Source of the DNA: Felis catus
Taxonomy: Eukaryota
Assembly (NCBI RefSeq): GCF_018350175.1
Contig: NC_058368.1
Coordinates: 14,262,001 to 14,326,000 of the forward strand
Direction of reading: 5' to 3'
Length of the DNA: 64,000 nt
This document shows positions 37,740-51,391 of this stretch, piece by piece. The notes beneath the pieces were generated by a model, which was given only the letters and a program-made list of their open reading frames with translations, had not been told where the DNA came from and did no database searches. Numbering within the stretch: position 1 is the stretch's first letter; each line of letters begins with the position of its first letter. A program made the position numbers and the translations under genes.

Positions 37740-38490
37740 CTCCTCCAGGTACTCCAGTACCTCTTCCTCTGCCTCTGTATTATATCAGCTCATTCAGTTA
37801 GCCCTGTCTGTAAAATATATCTGTACTCTGACCTCCCCTTTCCAGTGCTGTCTACCACCATTGTCTCCATCTTGACTTCTCCAATATCCTCCTAATATGC
37901 TTCTTAGCTTCCACATAACCTTAAGCCATTTTCCTCTCACACAGCAGCCAGAGTGAGATCAAGTAGAAATCAGATATTGTTACTATTCCTTTCGTAAAAC
38001 CTTCAAGATCCCAAATGATCTTGTCCCTGCCTGTTTTCATAACACATTTGATCCTGCTTTCTAAGCTTAAACCTCACTACCATGCACTTTGTTATTCAGA
38101 CATATCAAGTTCATTTCCAGTGCCTTCTCAGCTGGCTCTCTCAATTGTCTAGAACCTTTTACCATCGGGTGGCTGCTGGATTCTTTTCATCACTGAGATA
38201 CCAACTCACATGTTACTTTTCTTTTCTCATAGAGGCTTTCCCTAAACACATTGCATATAATATATCCAGTCATTTTCTGTCCCATAGCTAACCTGTGTTT
38301 TCTATGTAATTCCAATCATTATCCAAAGTGAAGTTTTGTTACTTTATTTAGATACTTATTGACTGTTTCACTACATGAGAATGTAAACTCCATGAGGGCA
38401 GAGACCTGTTCACTCTTGATCATTGTTGAATCCCTAGTTCTAGAAGTAGTGCCTATTTTAGAATAGGCACTAAGTATTTATTCACTGAAT
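37740..38490 (+). mobile_element. L2 3' portion
   Basis: cacacagcagccagagtgagatc..aaatcagat; gaatgtaaactccatgagggcagagacct..gtgcct..taggcactaagtattta. Confidence 0.8.
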
Positions 38491-38499
38491 ATTGAACCT

Positions 38500-38635
38500 G
38501 CAGGTTGGACTGGTTGGTATATGACTTCTGGAGCCTCCTTTCCATCTATGAAATATGAAGTTATTACATATTTCATAGAACCGTTGTAAGGCATAAATGA
38601 TATGTTTAGAGAATATAATGTGGTCCCTGGGAGTC
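38500..38635 (+). mobile_element. MIR fragment
   Basis: gacttctggagcctcctttccatctatgaaatatg...gttgtaaggcataaatga. Confidence 0.6.
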
Positions 38636-40272
38636 ACACACACAAAAAAAGAGAGACATCTATTTTGCTTTATTTTTTTCAGAGCAGGAAAAATGATGTA
38701 TTCTTAAAGGATTATAACACAACCCTCAGAAAGACTTTGAGGGGAAAGAACTTTAGAGTTCAGAATATTAAAGATAATCACAAAACTTTATGCAGGCCTA
38801 GAGGCTGTGTGTAATCTGGCACAATCCTTCCTTCCTTTTCTTACCATTCAATCCATAGTAACCTTTCTTTTTCTGTATTTTACCATTTCTGGTCTGAATT
38901 TCTAGTCTAGAAGTTTCCCTGGGAATATTCAAATGGAAATCAAACTATGGGATGATGAGGCAATCACAATTCTTGCTGACCCAAAATTACTTTTATCTAT
39001 TCACTCATTTATGGAACATTCCAATATAGGAAAAGAGGAAAAAAAAACGGTTAAGAAACCATTATTAGAGTTGGACACTTTTGGGATTACTCTTTTTCAG
39101 TGTGGCTGTATCTTTGGGTCAGCACCTCTCCTCTCCTTGTTCACCTGGTATATCCCTCTTTATCCTTTGAAGGCTTATTTCTACCATCATCTCTCCTTGA
39201 TCTCTCCAGTAGAGTTCGTAAGTCTCTGCTGCCTTTATTCAAGCATCAGTTCCACATTACATTGTAATTGTGTATATCTTTGTCCTCCTCATACAAAACT
39301 CTAAGCTTCTTAAGTAGAAAATACTCCTTACTAACCTTTGTTCCTTTGTTCCCAAACACAGTTACTAGAGCATAGTAATCACTCAAAACAGGCACTGTAA
39401 CGAGCACTATTTCTAAGCACCAGCTATGTAGCAGTGATCAAAACAGAAAAGGTCTTTGCCCTCTTGAGCAAGGGGGAAGTTGCATGAATGAGCTAACATA
39501 GCCACTGGCTCATAGTACATATTTTTAAAGGAGGAAACACCATATCACTGACAACATTCCAAAGTATGATCCAAGATATGTCGATGAGGGTTACTTGAGT
39601 CAACTATTACATGGTCATATGAGTTTGGGATGTTGATTTGGGATCTCGAGTTAAAGAAAATTACACAGTTTTGTTTAATGCAGACTTCCATTTATGCAAA
39701 AAACTCATCACTAGAGCCCCCCAAACATCTCAGTTAATTAGATCTTTCTATATAGGACAATATTGTAAAATATTTATTAACAGTCTCTGTCTCAAACTTG
39801 AGACAGTTATAAAAGAAAAGTTTCTTGGTATTTTGCAAAGAGTTACTGTCATCTTTAAATAATTGCTTTAGAGAGAATATGCTTTTCAGGAAGACAGAGG
39901 TCATTTATTATCAGCTAAATGGTACAACATTTTATCCTCATTATTTATATTTATATTCAAAAAAACTACTGTTAAAGATCAAATCAACTGATATGGATTG
40001 GTGAATTGTAAACTGTGTGCTGACTAGTCATATTTTTATGTTGTGTTTTCAACATATAAGCTGCTCTTATGTAAATGAAGAAATATAAAATTGAGTAATA
40101 CTGAGTAGCATCGATCCATCTGTAATTATGGGATGTGGGGATGTGGATATGTGTATAGCAAACCTTATTTCATAACATGTCCAAATTATTAAATTTACAT
40201 GAACTATTTAAATTTTGAAAATTGACTCAAAATAAATAAAAGTAAAATGTTATGCAAGAAAGTTATCCAGAT

Positions 40273-40385
40273 TTGGATACCTGTCTACTCAGTCAGTGGA
40301 GCTTGTGATTCTTGATCTTGGGATTGTGAATTTGAGCCCCATGTTGGGTGTAGAGATTATTTAAAAATAAAATCTTAGAAAAAGA
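40273..40385 (+). mobile_element. Short ancient carnivore SINE (SINEC_old-like)
   Basis: ctcagtcagtggagcttgtgattcttgatcttgggattgtgaatttgagccccatgttgggtgtagagattatttaaaaataaa; flanks aagttatcca / aacttatcta. Confidence 0.85.
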
Positions 40386-40470
40386 AAGGAAACTTATCTA
40401 AAACAAGGAGTTTAAAGCTATTCCAAAAGTGAGTAAGAAAACATTTCAATTATTCCACTTTAATAATAAA

Positions 40471-40633
40471 TGTATTTATTTATTTTTAAAGGTTTTTTTT
40501 TCACTTATTTATTTTTTAAAGACTGCACATGCACGTGGGCAGGGAAGGAACAGAGGGAGAGGGACACAGAGGAATTTGACTCTGTGCTGACAGCAGAGAG
40601 CCCAATGTGGGGCTCAAACCACCCAGGTGTCCC
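40471..40633 (-). mobile_element. Internally deleted CanSINE
   Basis: gagcccaatgtggggctcaa joins directly to accacccaggtgtccc. Confidence 0.85.
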
Positions 40634-40988
40634 ATTAATAAATTTAAATATAATTGTAATCAATGAAGCATGAATATTGAGGTGAATATTTAAATACCCT
40701 TAACTTATATAGGCACATGAATTATGCTACCCCTTAGAAAAACATTGCATACCTGAACACTAAAAATGAATTCAAAATTAAGTGTTATATTTAAATACCA
40801 GTTTGAAAATAATTTAAAAATTATTCCTCTATTGTGAATACAGTTTTTCAAAATATTATCTACATTAATGAGAATTAGATAAAATGTAATGAAAAGTTTG
40901 CCTTATGAGTACTTACCTAGTGGAGTGTTTTTGTTTTTTTTTTTTTTGTCTATTATTTTAAGACTCTCAGTGTGACAAATGAATATCA

Positions 40989-41280
40989 GGGAGGAGCACC
41001 TGGGTGGCTCATTCAGCTAGGCATCCAACTCTTGGTTTGGGCTCAGGTCAGATCTCAAGGTTAATGGGTTCAAGCCCTGTGTCAGGCTCCACATTATCAG
41101 GGCTTGGGATTCTCTCTCCCTCTCCCCCTCTCTCTCTGCCCCTCCCCAACACATGCTCTCTCTCTCTCTCTCTCTCTCTTAAAAAAAAAAATATATATAT
41201 ATATATATGTATACATATATATGTATATATATATACATATATATGTACACATATATATATGTATATATATATACATATAT
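40989..41280 (+). mobile_element. CanSINE whose tail expanded into a TA-rich microsatellite
   Basis: Body 40989-41190, TA/CA tract to 41280; TSD atatcag. Confidence 0.9.
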
Positions 41281-41310
41281 CAGATAAAATTGCTTTTAAA
41301 AATGGTTTTA

Positions 41311-41502
41311 GGGGCGCCTGAGTGGCTCAGTCAGTTGGGTATCCAACTTCGGCTTAGGTCATGATCTCATAGTTCGGGGGTTCAAGCCCCACATCAAGCT
41401 CCGTGCTCACAGCTCAGAGCCTGGAGCCTGTTTCAGATTCTATGACTTCTCTCTCTCTGCTCCTACCCCACTCATACTCTGTCTCTCAAAAATAAATAAA
41501 AA

Positions 41503-41533
<31 letters not shown>

Positions 41534-41580
41534 GCTCTGTCTCTCCACAATAAATATTTTTTTAATTTTAAAAATAAAAT
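41311..41580 (+). mobile_element. CanSINE with duplicated 3' end
   Basis: TSD aaaaatggtttta at 41298-41310 and 41581-41593; second ctctgtctctc..aataaata unit within the tail. Confidence 0.93.
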
Positions 41581-42859
41581 AAAAATGGTTTTATATTTTT
41601 AAGGATCAATATTTGTAGGAAAAAAATCAAAGTGAGGGGGGTATATGATTCGGTTGTTTTCTGAATGGACAAAATTAAGTGTCAACAAAGTTAAGAGCCT
41701 TTGTAAATAGAAAGTTAATTGTAAAACTAATAAGCATACTTTTTCAATCAGTTTTGAAAGTATATTGTCAGATAATTTTTTTTGAATGCTAACATTTTTC
41801 TTTGGTGGGCTCATAAATACCAGAAAGAATCAAATATAAATGCACCAGCTTGCATCTGATTACTGAAATAATTGTGTAGCCTGAAGCAAACTTCACGGAG
41901 GCAGACTAAATTGTCACCATGTTCTTAATTTACTATGTTATGTTTTCCTATTTGGGTTAGATATGTTACTGGCAAATCATTCCCTCCTACAAAGTGATGA
42001 TAAGCTACTAAGAAAGTGGTATTTTTAGTGCCATTATCAGAAGTTTAATAACTAATCCCATTCCACTTAATGTGCACCAGTGGAAAAGCCTAACAGACCA
42101 TATATGGATGGTTCTGTTAAAATTCTTAAGCATGTTTAGTAATTACTAGCTTTGCTCTACCTTTTAAGATTTGTCTCTGTCATAATTTGGTTTTAAAAGT
42201 TAAATCTAATTTTTATCACAAGACAACACCATGAGAGAAAAATCAAATTAACAAATATTATTATATACCTATTATTTGCAAACACTGCTCGAAATCTGTG
42301 GGGTTACAAAGCTGCGTAAAACAAATATCTCGATCTCTTGTTTATAGTCTACTGAGAGAGTCAAGGTGTACGTGCATGAGGTATTAAATGAAAAGTTGAG
42401 ATCCACCAAAATACAATAATTTGTTTAATTACCAAATTTACAAGCAAGGATATTTAGAGAGAAGAATGGCAGGTGACCAAAGTAAACATAGAAGCATAGC
42501 AAAGAATAATACACAACTAATTGCTAATTGGATAAGCATCGATATTTTAATGAGAGGAATAGCACAAGTTTGAAGGACAGTGTGAAGAGAATAGAGATTC
42601 TAAATGTGGTAGGGGTGATGAAATTGGAAAGAGGTTCACTCTGTGACCCTGCCAAGAAGGATAAAAGAATTTACTTCTGTATGTATGTCACCTCAATTAA
42701 ATGTTGCATTTAAAACTATTAGACCTTAAAAATATATATCTGAATTTCTGGAAACTTGTTGTAGTTTAATAGAAATGGAAACCTAAGCACACTTAGTGTG
42801 TTTACCAGCTGATATAATTGTTATTTATTGGTAGACTTTTAGCAAGCACTGGGTGAAGA

Positions 42860-43125
42860 ACTATTAATAACTATATAGATAAGTTAGTAACTCATATAGA
42901 GAAGAAAACTAATACTCAGACAAGTTGTCATTCACCTTAACAAGTGGCAGGGCTGGGATTTGAACCTGTTTCTATCTATTCTGCCCCCTATTGCCACCTC
43001 TTGCTTATATGTACCATGCACTGAGTTCAATGTTTCACATGCCTTCCTTATGACAGTTCTATCAAGTAAGTTTTATTTATCCTCATTTTATAAATGAAGG
43101 AACTGAAGTTTGGAGAATGTAATAG
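42860..43125 (-). mobile_element. MIR fragments
   Basis: aagtggcagggctgggatttgaacct; cctcattttataaatgaaggaactgaag. Confidence 0.7.
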
Positions 43126-43944
43126 CATCATAAACATAAATAAATAATCTTACATAATACCAGACTTGTAACCATTATATAACCAATGGGACCCCTTTTA
43201 TATTTTACAGGATTTAGAAAATATTTATTTGGCAATAACAAATACAATTTTAAAGATAATTGAAAATTATACAACTTAGTATGAGGATATTCCTCAAAGT
43301 TAAGTAAATCCTTTTCTATGTGGTTTCTTATGGTGATCAATTTCTGAAGTCTTATGGGAAGAATTTTTAATTATAATTTCTAAAATACTTAAGCCTATTC
43401 ACCACAGCAGTAATTATTAGGATGGCAGAAAATCTCCTTTCTTCAAGCACGGCAATTGCTGTCCAGAATTAGATGTTCACAAGTAATTTTACAATTTTCT
43501 CAATAAAGATTAAGGTAGTTATTTCTGTCCTAAGATTGCTTTAAGTGGAGAGTCTAGCTCTACTAGAAGAGAGAAAGAAAAGGAGTCTATAAACTCTAAA
43601 AAGCTTTGAATGCCATTGCTCCCCCTCTCCCCCCAAAAAGGCTGAGTCAGAAGAATGGTTGGTTCAAGATGAAAAAACAAAGAATGAAAATGCAATTAAA
43701 CATGTGATAATCATGTGCTCATTGAATGAAGGTCTTTTCTTCTTCTTTTTGGAAACGACTTCTCTGCTCTACTCTCCAGCTCTGCCTCCTTGTTTAATTG
43801 TTCATAATATTGGAGCCACTCCCCCCCACACACATTAATAAATTATATCAAATTGTCCCTTAAACCGTTTCACCATTAAAACCCATCCCTACCAAATATT
43901 TTATGGAGGGTCACACCTAGTGACCTCCTTAAGAAACCATCTTT

Positions 43945-44184
43945 GGGGCACCTGGGTGGCGCAGTCGGTTAAGCATCCGACTTCAGCCAGGTCACGATCT
44001 CGCGGTCCGGGAGTTCGAGCCCCGCGTCAGGCTCTGGGCTGATGGCTCAGAGCCTGGAGCCTGTTTCCGATTCTGTGTCTCCCTCTCTCTCTGCCCCTCC
44101 CCCGTTCAGGCTCTGTCTCTCTCTGTCCCAAAAATAAATAAACGTTGAAAAAAAAATTTAAAAAAAATAAAATAAAAAAAATAA
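43945..44184 (+). mobile_element. Young felid CanSINE
   Basis: Near-consensus; TSD aagaaacca(t/c)cttt at 43931-43944 and 44185-44198. Confidence 0.97.
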
Positions 44185-44723
44185 AAGAAACCACCTTTAT
44201 GGGAACTGAGACGACAGTGCTCCAGTGGGGCAGCTCTTCCTCTTTAGATGCAGATTAAGGGAAGCTCAGGAATCAACTCTACAGCCCTGTCTGGATATTC
44301 AACTCCTCATTGCATTTCTCTTCTTCTAGTTGAGACAATATACAACCATTGTAAACAAATATTTTGTGGGAATCGAGCACAATTTCCTGGGCAACACACT
44401 TAAAATAGCTGTTCTTGCGTTATGATAACATATAGGACCTGACCAAATGCTTACAGGCTTATTCTCATCTATCATTTTCACATTGAAAACTATCCCTTAA
44501 AGGCTATAAAACCACTTTATTCCTTATGATACCAAGAAACCAGGCTCTTGGGGAGTAATGGTACACCCACAAGGCAAAAGTAATCACCTAAATTTTTTTT
44601 TGTCTTCAGAAAACTGCTTTCCCTGAAGAAAAGAAAAGAAAAAGCAAATTAAAGGATCAAATAAACTATCCAATACTCTATCAGGACTTTTCTTTCTGCA
44701 GTATTAAAAATAAGTAATATATT

Positions 44724-44889
44724 GGGGCACCTGGGTGGCTCAGTTGGTTGAGTGTCCGATTTCACTCAGGTCATAATCTCATGGTCTGTGAGTTCAAGCC
44801 CCACATCGGGCTCTGTGCTGACAGCTCAGAGCCTGGAGCCTGCTTCAGATTCTGGGTCTCCCTCTCTCCCTCTGCTCCTCCCCCACTCA

Positions 44890-44942
<53 letters not shown>

Positions 44943-44970
44943 AAAAATGAATAAATGTTTAAAAAATATT
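44724..44970 (+). mobile_element. CanSINE with long (CT)n
   Basis: TSD aaataagtaatata. Confidence 0.95.
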
Positions 44971-45120
44971 AAATAAGTAATATAAACCCTTTGATGGGAT
45001 TATTTGGGAACAGAATAAAGATTTTTTTCTTGAATGGTTTGTTCACCGCTTTATCAAATAGGCATGCATCTACCTTCAAACTTGCAATATAACATATCCT
45101 CCTTTAAAATTACCAGATCA

Positions 45121-45340
45121 GGGGCACCTGGGTGGCTCAGTCAGTTAAGCATCTTTCGGCTCAGGTCATGATCTTGCAGTTCATAAATTCAAACCCCACG
45201 TTGGGCTCTGTACTGACCACTCAGAGTCTGGAGCTTGCTTTGGATTCTGTGTCTCCCTCTCTCTCTATCCCTCTCCTTCTCGTGCTCTGTCTCTCAAAAA
45301 TAAACAAACATTAAAAATGTTTTTTAATAAAAAAATAAAA
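45121..45340 (+). mobile_element. CanSINE
   Basis: TSD taaaattaccagat. Confidence 0.95.
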
Positions 45341-46983
45341 TAAAATTACCAGATAACATTAACATGGCTTTTCAAAGTTCACTGTGAGTTCACTTTTTTT
45401 ATATAATGTAGTTTATGCTGAAAGGTTTTACTTTTCATGTTATGATGATATTATTATATGTAAACCCAATGATACTACTTTTTCCTCTTTCTGATAAAGT
45501 AAATTAGGATCAAAAGTAAGGAGAAGTACAAAGGGTTGTCACTTCAGTAAACAGTACAGGAAAAAAAGAAGACGAAGAAGCTACAAATGGGATGGGTCAT
45601 CTAAGAGAGCCACAGCATAAGCAAAAAGTTAGATGGGAACTCGGGTAAAAAATAAGAAACCCACACAGGAAACAGATTTTAGGCAAAAATGTTTCTTTTC
45701 TACCCACTTTCTTTTTCATGTCTTAGCTGTTTGATTAGATTGCTAATAAAAATATTCTCATTGTTAAGTATAGCTTGTACAGTCTAACGTACACTTTAGT
45801 AATTCTCATTATTTTTTCACCAGAACTTTCATTAAAGTTAATTGGGAACCTTGCTTAATTCACATACATTCATCAATCACTGTCTCCCTCTTCTGTGAAT
45901 CCAAAATGTTTCAGAGATTCTCAAGACTCATCTTTCATTGTAACTACTCCCCACTGATATGCATGGGAACAAACGATATAGCCAGAGGTTGGAATGCATC
46001 CCCAATGGTGTATTTGGCATCCTTGTTATGGGATCCTGTCTCTCCTTCCAGGTTCAGTAATCACGTGGAGAGGGAGCAAACTAGTCTGGCTGAAAAAGAA
46101 TGGGCTCAAAACAGGGATTTGGCTTTCTGAACTTTGACTTTGCAGTGTCAGAATGTGAAGTGCACTTTTCAGAGACAGGAAGGGTGCATTTTTCAGGAGC
46201 ATCACCAATTAATTTGTAATTTAAATGACCATATATAATATACAACCTGAGGTTAGAGAAGATGGAAGCATGTTAGAGAGAGAAGACTTTGGAAGAAGTG
46301 CTCAGTAATTCATAGGAAAAAGAGAACAGTAAAAATGGCTTAAGATATATGTCGAATGTACGTGCAGATATATAATTTGGAGAAGAGGGCTTGCACACAT
46401 ACAGACATGCACTTACAGCATTGAGGTGATATATATCACTAGGAATTGACTAAACAGCCCACAAGGATGTTAAATAAAAGGCCAACGATTTTTCTTAGGG
46501 AGGAGAACGAAGGATGCCAATAAATGTAGACTTCTTTTTGCCAACATGTTTTATAATTATGTTTCATTAGCATACTCCCACCTGTGTACTTGTACATTCA
46601 CTTAAGCAGCCAGTTGGTTTCCCTGTTTTTATTATTATATCTCATCTCTTTCCTTCCTAACACTTAAAAAAATTAACTATAGGTTTATTTGCTTATTTGC
46701 ATTATGAGATAGATTGAAAGGTGCGTAAAGGCAGGAATCATGTTAGTCTATTCATCTGCGCACACCTAGTACTTTAGCCTGTGGCCCGGGTCATAGTAGG
46801 TGTCCGCTAAATATTTGCTGACTATATGATGAGCATACACAATAAGCACACAGCATTCTGTGTATTTCATGGTTATTATTGTTCATTCACAACAATTAGT
46901 TCTGCTTATAGAGAAGCAGGAAACAGCTGTGCTGGTGCTTTCAGTGTAATAGCCTCAAGATAGTCTGTTTCCTCAGTTGCTTT

Positions 46984-47228
46984 CATTTATTTATTTATTT
47001 ATTTATTTATTTATGTTTATTTTTGAGAGAAAGAGAGGGAGGGAGGGAGGGAGAGAGAGCACGAGCAGGGGAGGGGCAGAGAGACAGAGAAGGAGACAGA
47101 ATCCAAAGCAGGCTCCAGGTTCTAAGCTGTCAGCACAGAGCCCAACTCGGGGCTCAGACTCACAAACTGCAAGATCATGATCTGAGCTGAAGTCAGATGC
47201 TTAACTGACTGAACCACCCAGATGCCCC

Positions 47229-47288
<60 letters not shown>

Positions 47289-47436
47289 TTTTTTTGAGAG
47301 AGAGAGAGAGGGAGGCAAAGAATCTGAAGCAGGCTCCAGGCTGCACAGAGCCCAACATGGGGCTCAAACTCACCAACTGAGATCGTGACCTGAGCCGAAG
47401 CTGGATGCTTAACCAGCTGAGCCACCCAGGTTCCCC
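46984..47436 (-). mobile_element. Two CanSINEs separated by (TG)n, inside one TSD pair
   Basis: SINE 46984-47228, TG repeat to about 47286, SINE 47288-47436; TSD ttcctcagttgcttt at 46969-46983 and 47437-47451. Confidence 0.93.
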
Positions 47437-47464
47437 TTCCTCAGTTGCTTTGTTTACAGTTTGA

Positions 47465-47720
47465 GGCAGGGGAGCATGAGTTAGGGAGTCAGCCATCCTG
47501 GGGGTGGGTTCTTTTTCTGTCACCTCCTGGTTGCTTCATGGTGGGCACATATTTAACTGTGCCTCCATTTCCTCATTTGTAAAATGGGTTAATAACAGTA
47601 CTTATCTCAAACGGAATATACCAAAGAGTGAAGAGTTTTACATATACATTGCTTAGAAAAGTGTCTGGAACACAATAGGCTCACAGTAAAGGTTGGACCT
47701 TGAAAAAGTATTATTATTCT
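47465..47720 (+). mobile_element. MIR
   Basis: gtgcctccatttcctcatttgtaaaatggg..aataacagtacttatctca..gcttagaaaagtgtctggaacacaataggctca. Confidence 0.8.
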
Positions 47721-47724
47721 AGGA

Positions 47725-48050
47725 ATTTACTCAATTGGGTTAGATTATATGACAGTGACGTATGACCTTCAGTTCAACCCAAGAGAAGTTTATTTCTCAC
47801 TTGCGCTGCATGCCCACCACGGGTCTGCAGGGAAGCTCATTTCCTTGAGGTCACTCAGGGATGCAAAACGATGGAAATTCCATATCAATGCATATTTTCT
47901 TGATTACTACCGTGGAGGGAAGGAAAAGTGGCAGATTGTTCATTGGCCCTCAAAACTTTTGTCTGGCAATGACTCACCTTTGCTCACGTTTTAAGTCACG
48001 TAGATGTGCTTTATTTCGAAATGGTTGGAGAAGTATAATCTCCAGTCTGC
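47725..48050. mobile_element. MLT1-like (MaLR) LTR remnant
   Basis: aagtttatttctcacttgcgctgcatgcccacc..gtcactcaggga resembles old MLT1 LTRs. Confidence 0.55.
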
Positions 48051-48938
48051 CAGTTAATTTTAGTGTTTTTCTTTGATCTTGGTTAGATTAAAAGTCATGC
48101 ACAGAAGTCCTGACCCTAGTAATTACCACCAATTCTTTAATAAAGTAGAAATTCAGATTCTCACTGTATTTGATGTGTATAGTTAGCAAAATATTCCTTT
48201 GTTCTTTTTGCTCTTATCTCTGTTCCATCGGGTAATTTTTGTTACCAAATACTGAGTAACCAATTAACAGTACAGTCATGCTTTTTCAGGTAAATTCAGT
48301 TTTCTCCCTAGCTTATGAAGGTGATCCATTCCTGGGAGGGCAGGAAGGAACTGTAGTATATTCTCATGAGCCTAAAATAGAATTATTAAAAATTTTGTGG
48401 AGAAAAACTATGATTTCCTGAACTCTATTTATGCTAAAATAATACCAAATCTCATTTAATGAACACCATTACATTCATAGTAACATTAATATCATAATAC
48501 AGCCTAACTGGTGATCTTCTCTTGATTAATTACTGGCTGTTTACCTACTCCTTTCCAGCACTTATGCGGCTTACAAAACCACACTCATGAACAAAACATA
48601 CATATGGTACTCTATGTTTCTATACTCAGTCCTAAGAGGTAAAAACAGAATTACAGGACTAAAATAAATAAACAAATGGAAATAATACATACGATATCAC
48701 TTTCACCCTCCTAGCTGACAAATGAGAGGTATCAAGCATGACATTATCAATGCTAAAAACTCACAAGTCCAAACAGAACTTCAGCTCAGCATGACCCCCC
48801 TGTACCACTTTGGTGATGCTTGTACAGCATCACATGCACATGTTCACCTGGACACCTGCTCTGCAACTGCAGGGAGACTAAATCAGCCCTCCTTCATGAA
48901 AGATGTGTTTGTAAACCTAACTCAGGACATTAAATGAA

Positions 48939-49099
48939 TATTTTTGTTTATGGTATAGGAGAGTGGTCCAGATTCATTATACTGGAATTTGAAATGGAAG
49001 GAGTGATAGAGGAACAATTTAAAGACTCTGCGGTCTTGTATATTGATGAATTTCAGTGGTAAAACAGCGAAGAACATGCTAAGTGAGAATAAAAGGAAA
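48939..49099 (+). repeat. 161-bp dispersed copy of 50608-50768, flanked by an 18-bp direct repeat
   Basis: Ungapped, 5 mismatches; aaacctaact(c/t)aggacat at 48913-48930 and 49097-49114. Confidence 0.95.
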
Positions 49100-49298
49100 C
49101 CTAACTTAGGACATGGAAAATATACTTATCTAACGAAGTGTATCACACAGTACAATTTTTCATCCTGCTTACAAATTATTAATAACAGTCATTTCTGGAG
49201 TTCTTCTTAAAAACTTAGTGCAGTGGTCTCTTGTTTTTCTGGAGTGGCTCACAGGTTGTAGAAGAATATGGCAAAGTATAGTACATACACTGAAATTT

Positions 49299-50646
49299 TA
49301 TTTTTTTTTAGTTTCAATTTTTATAGAAGCATAGTTGGTATACGTGTTACATTAGTTTTGGGTGTACAACATGGAGATGCAAAAAGTCTGTACACTATGC
49401 TGTGCTCACCACAAGTGTCACTACCATCTGTCGTAAAACTCTACTACAATACCGTTAACTATATTCCCCAGGCTGTACCTTTTATCCCCATAACTTATTC
49501 ATTTCATAACTGGAAGCCTATATTTCCCACTCCCCTTCACTCATTTTGCCCCCATCCCCCTCCCCTCTGACAACCACCAGTTTATTCTCTGTATTTATGG
49601 GTCTCTTTTTGCTTTTTTGTTTGCTTGCTTATTTGTGTTTTAGATTCCACGTATAAATAAAATCACATGGCATTTGTCTTTCTCTGTTTGACTTATTTCA
49701 CCTAACATAATGCCATTTCGGTCCACGTTGTCACAAATGGCAAGCTCTCCTTTTTATACCTGAGTAATATTCTGTTATACATATATAATATATAAAGAAT
49801 ACATTCTGTATGATATATATTATATCCTCTTTGTCCATTCATCTGTCACTGGACACTTGGGTTGCTTCCTTATCTTGGCTATTGTAAACGCTGCAATAAA
49901 CAGAGGGGTGCATATATTTTTTGAAACACTGTTTTCATTTTCTTTGGGTGAATACCCAGTAGTGAAATTACTGGGTCATATGGTATTTCTAATTTTTAAT
50001 GTTTTGAGGAAATTCCATACTGTTTTCCATAGTGGCTGCACCAGTTAACATTCCCACTGACAGCGCATGAGGCTTCCTTTTCCTCATTCCTCACATTGTC
50101 ACCAACACCTGCTATTTCCTTTCTTTTTGATTGCAGCCATTCTGACAGGTGTAAGGCGATCTCGTTGTGGTCTTGACATGCACTTCCCTGATGGTTAGCA
50201 ATGTTGGGCGTCTTTACATTTGTGTTGGCAATCTGTATGTCTACTTTGGAAAAATGTTCAGTTCCTCTGCTTATTTTTTAATCATGTTATTTGTTTTATT
50301 GGTGTTCTGTTGTAGAAGTTCTTTATATATTTTGGTCAATATACCCTTTCTTGGATGTATCATTTGCAAATATCTTCTTCCATTCAGTAGGTTGCCTATT
50401 CGTTTTGTTAGTGGTTTCCTCTGCTATGCAAAAACCTTTTATTTTGGTGTAATCCTAATTATTTTTGTTTTTCTTTCCCTTGCCAGAGGAGACATAATGA
50501 AAAAAAAATGTTGCTAGGCAGCTGTCAGAGAACTTACTGCTTAAGTTTTCTTCTATAGTTTTTATGGTTTGAGGTCTCACATTTAGACCTTTAATCCAGT
50601 TTGAGTTTATTGTTGTTTATGGTATAGGAGAGTGGTCCAGATTCAC
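49299..50646 (-). mobile_element. 5'-truncated carnivore L1 with 3'UTR and T-tail
   Basis: T-tail, 3'UTR and ORF2 end present; degenerate TSD tacactgaaattt (49286-49298) / tatactggaattt (50647-50659). Confidence 0.9.
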
Positions 50647-50886
50647 TATACTGGAATTTGAAATGGAAGGAGCGATAGAGGAACGATTTAAAGACTCTGT
50701 GGTCTTGTATATTGATGAATTTCAGTGGTAAAACAGCGAAGAACATGCTAAGTGAGAATAAAAGGAAAGGAGTATATTTATCCATTTATTATATATGTTT
50801 TGCTATCAGAAAATATCTTCAGCACCAAGAATATTACTAACAAGGGATAAGTGCTCAGTAAATATCCTTTTGAATGAAAACATTGA

Positions 50887-50918
50887 AGAAGGAAGGAAGG
50901 AAGGAAGGAAGGAAGGAA

Positions 50919-50988
<70 letters not shown>

Positions 50989-50990
50989 AA
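50887..50990. repeat. (GAAG)n(GAAA)n tetranucleotide microsatellite
   Basis: About 100-bp pure purine tract. Confidence 0.95.
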
Positions 50991-51391
50991 TAGGAGTTCA
51001 TAAAAAAAAACAGAGTGATGACCTAAGTTGGTAACCTGTCACAGATGCCAGATATAATGGTGCTAGAATATAGGACTTTTGGAGGCATAACATTCCGCCA
51101 ACAAAAGGACCTCTAATGATTCTTGACTTGCTGGTAAATAGTATCAGAAAAAATGGGGACACAAGGAGAGAATAATTTATATACTCTTTAGCAATATTTC
51201 TAAGCATTTGGATCAGAAACAGTTTTGAAAAAATTCTTTTAAAATTGTGGACCTCTTTTCCCAAAATACATATGTACATATCCCTCAAAATTTTGCATGC
51301 CATTTCAGGAGCTTTGTGGATGCATAAAAGTCATCCATGGCTTAGTGATGAGTAAAGTACCACATATTTCTTTATAAAAATGAGAACACTA

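Noticed and set aside
38933..39304. 123-aa ORF
   Set aside because: No recognisable homology or exon signals; compatible with chance or decayed repeat.
48275..48300. Possible recursive splice site ctttttcag|gtaaat (similar at about 34310 and 10104)
   Set aside because: Short pyrimidine tracts and weak donors; expected by chance in 60 kb; no expression data.
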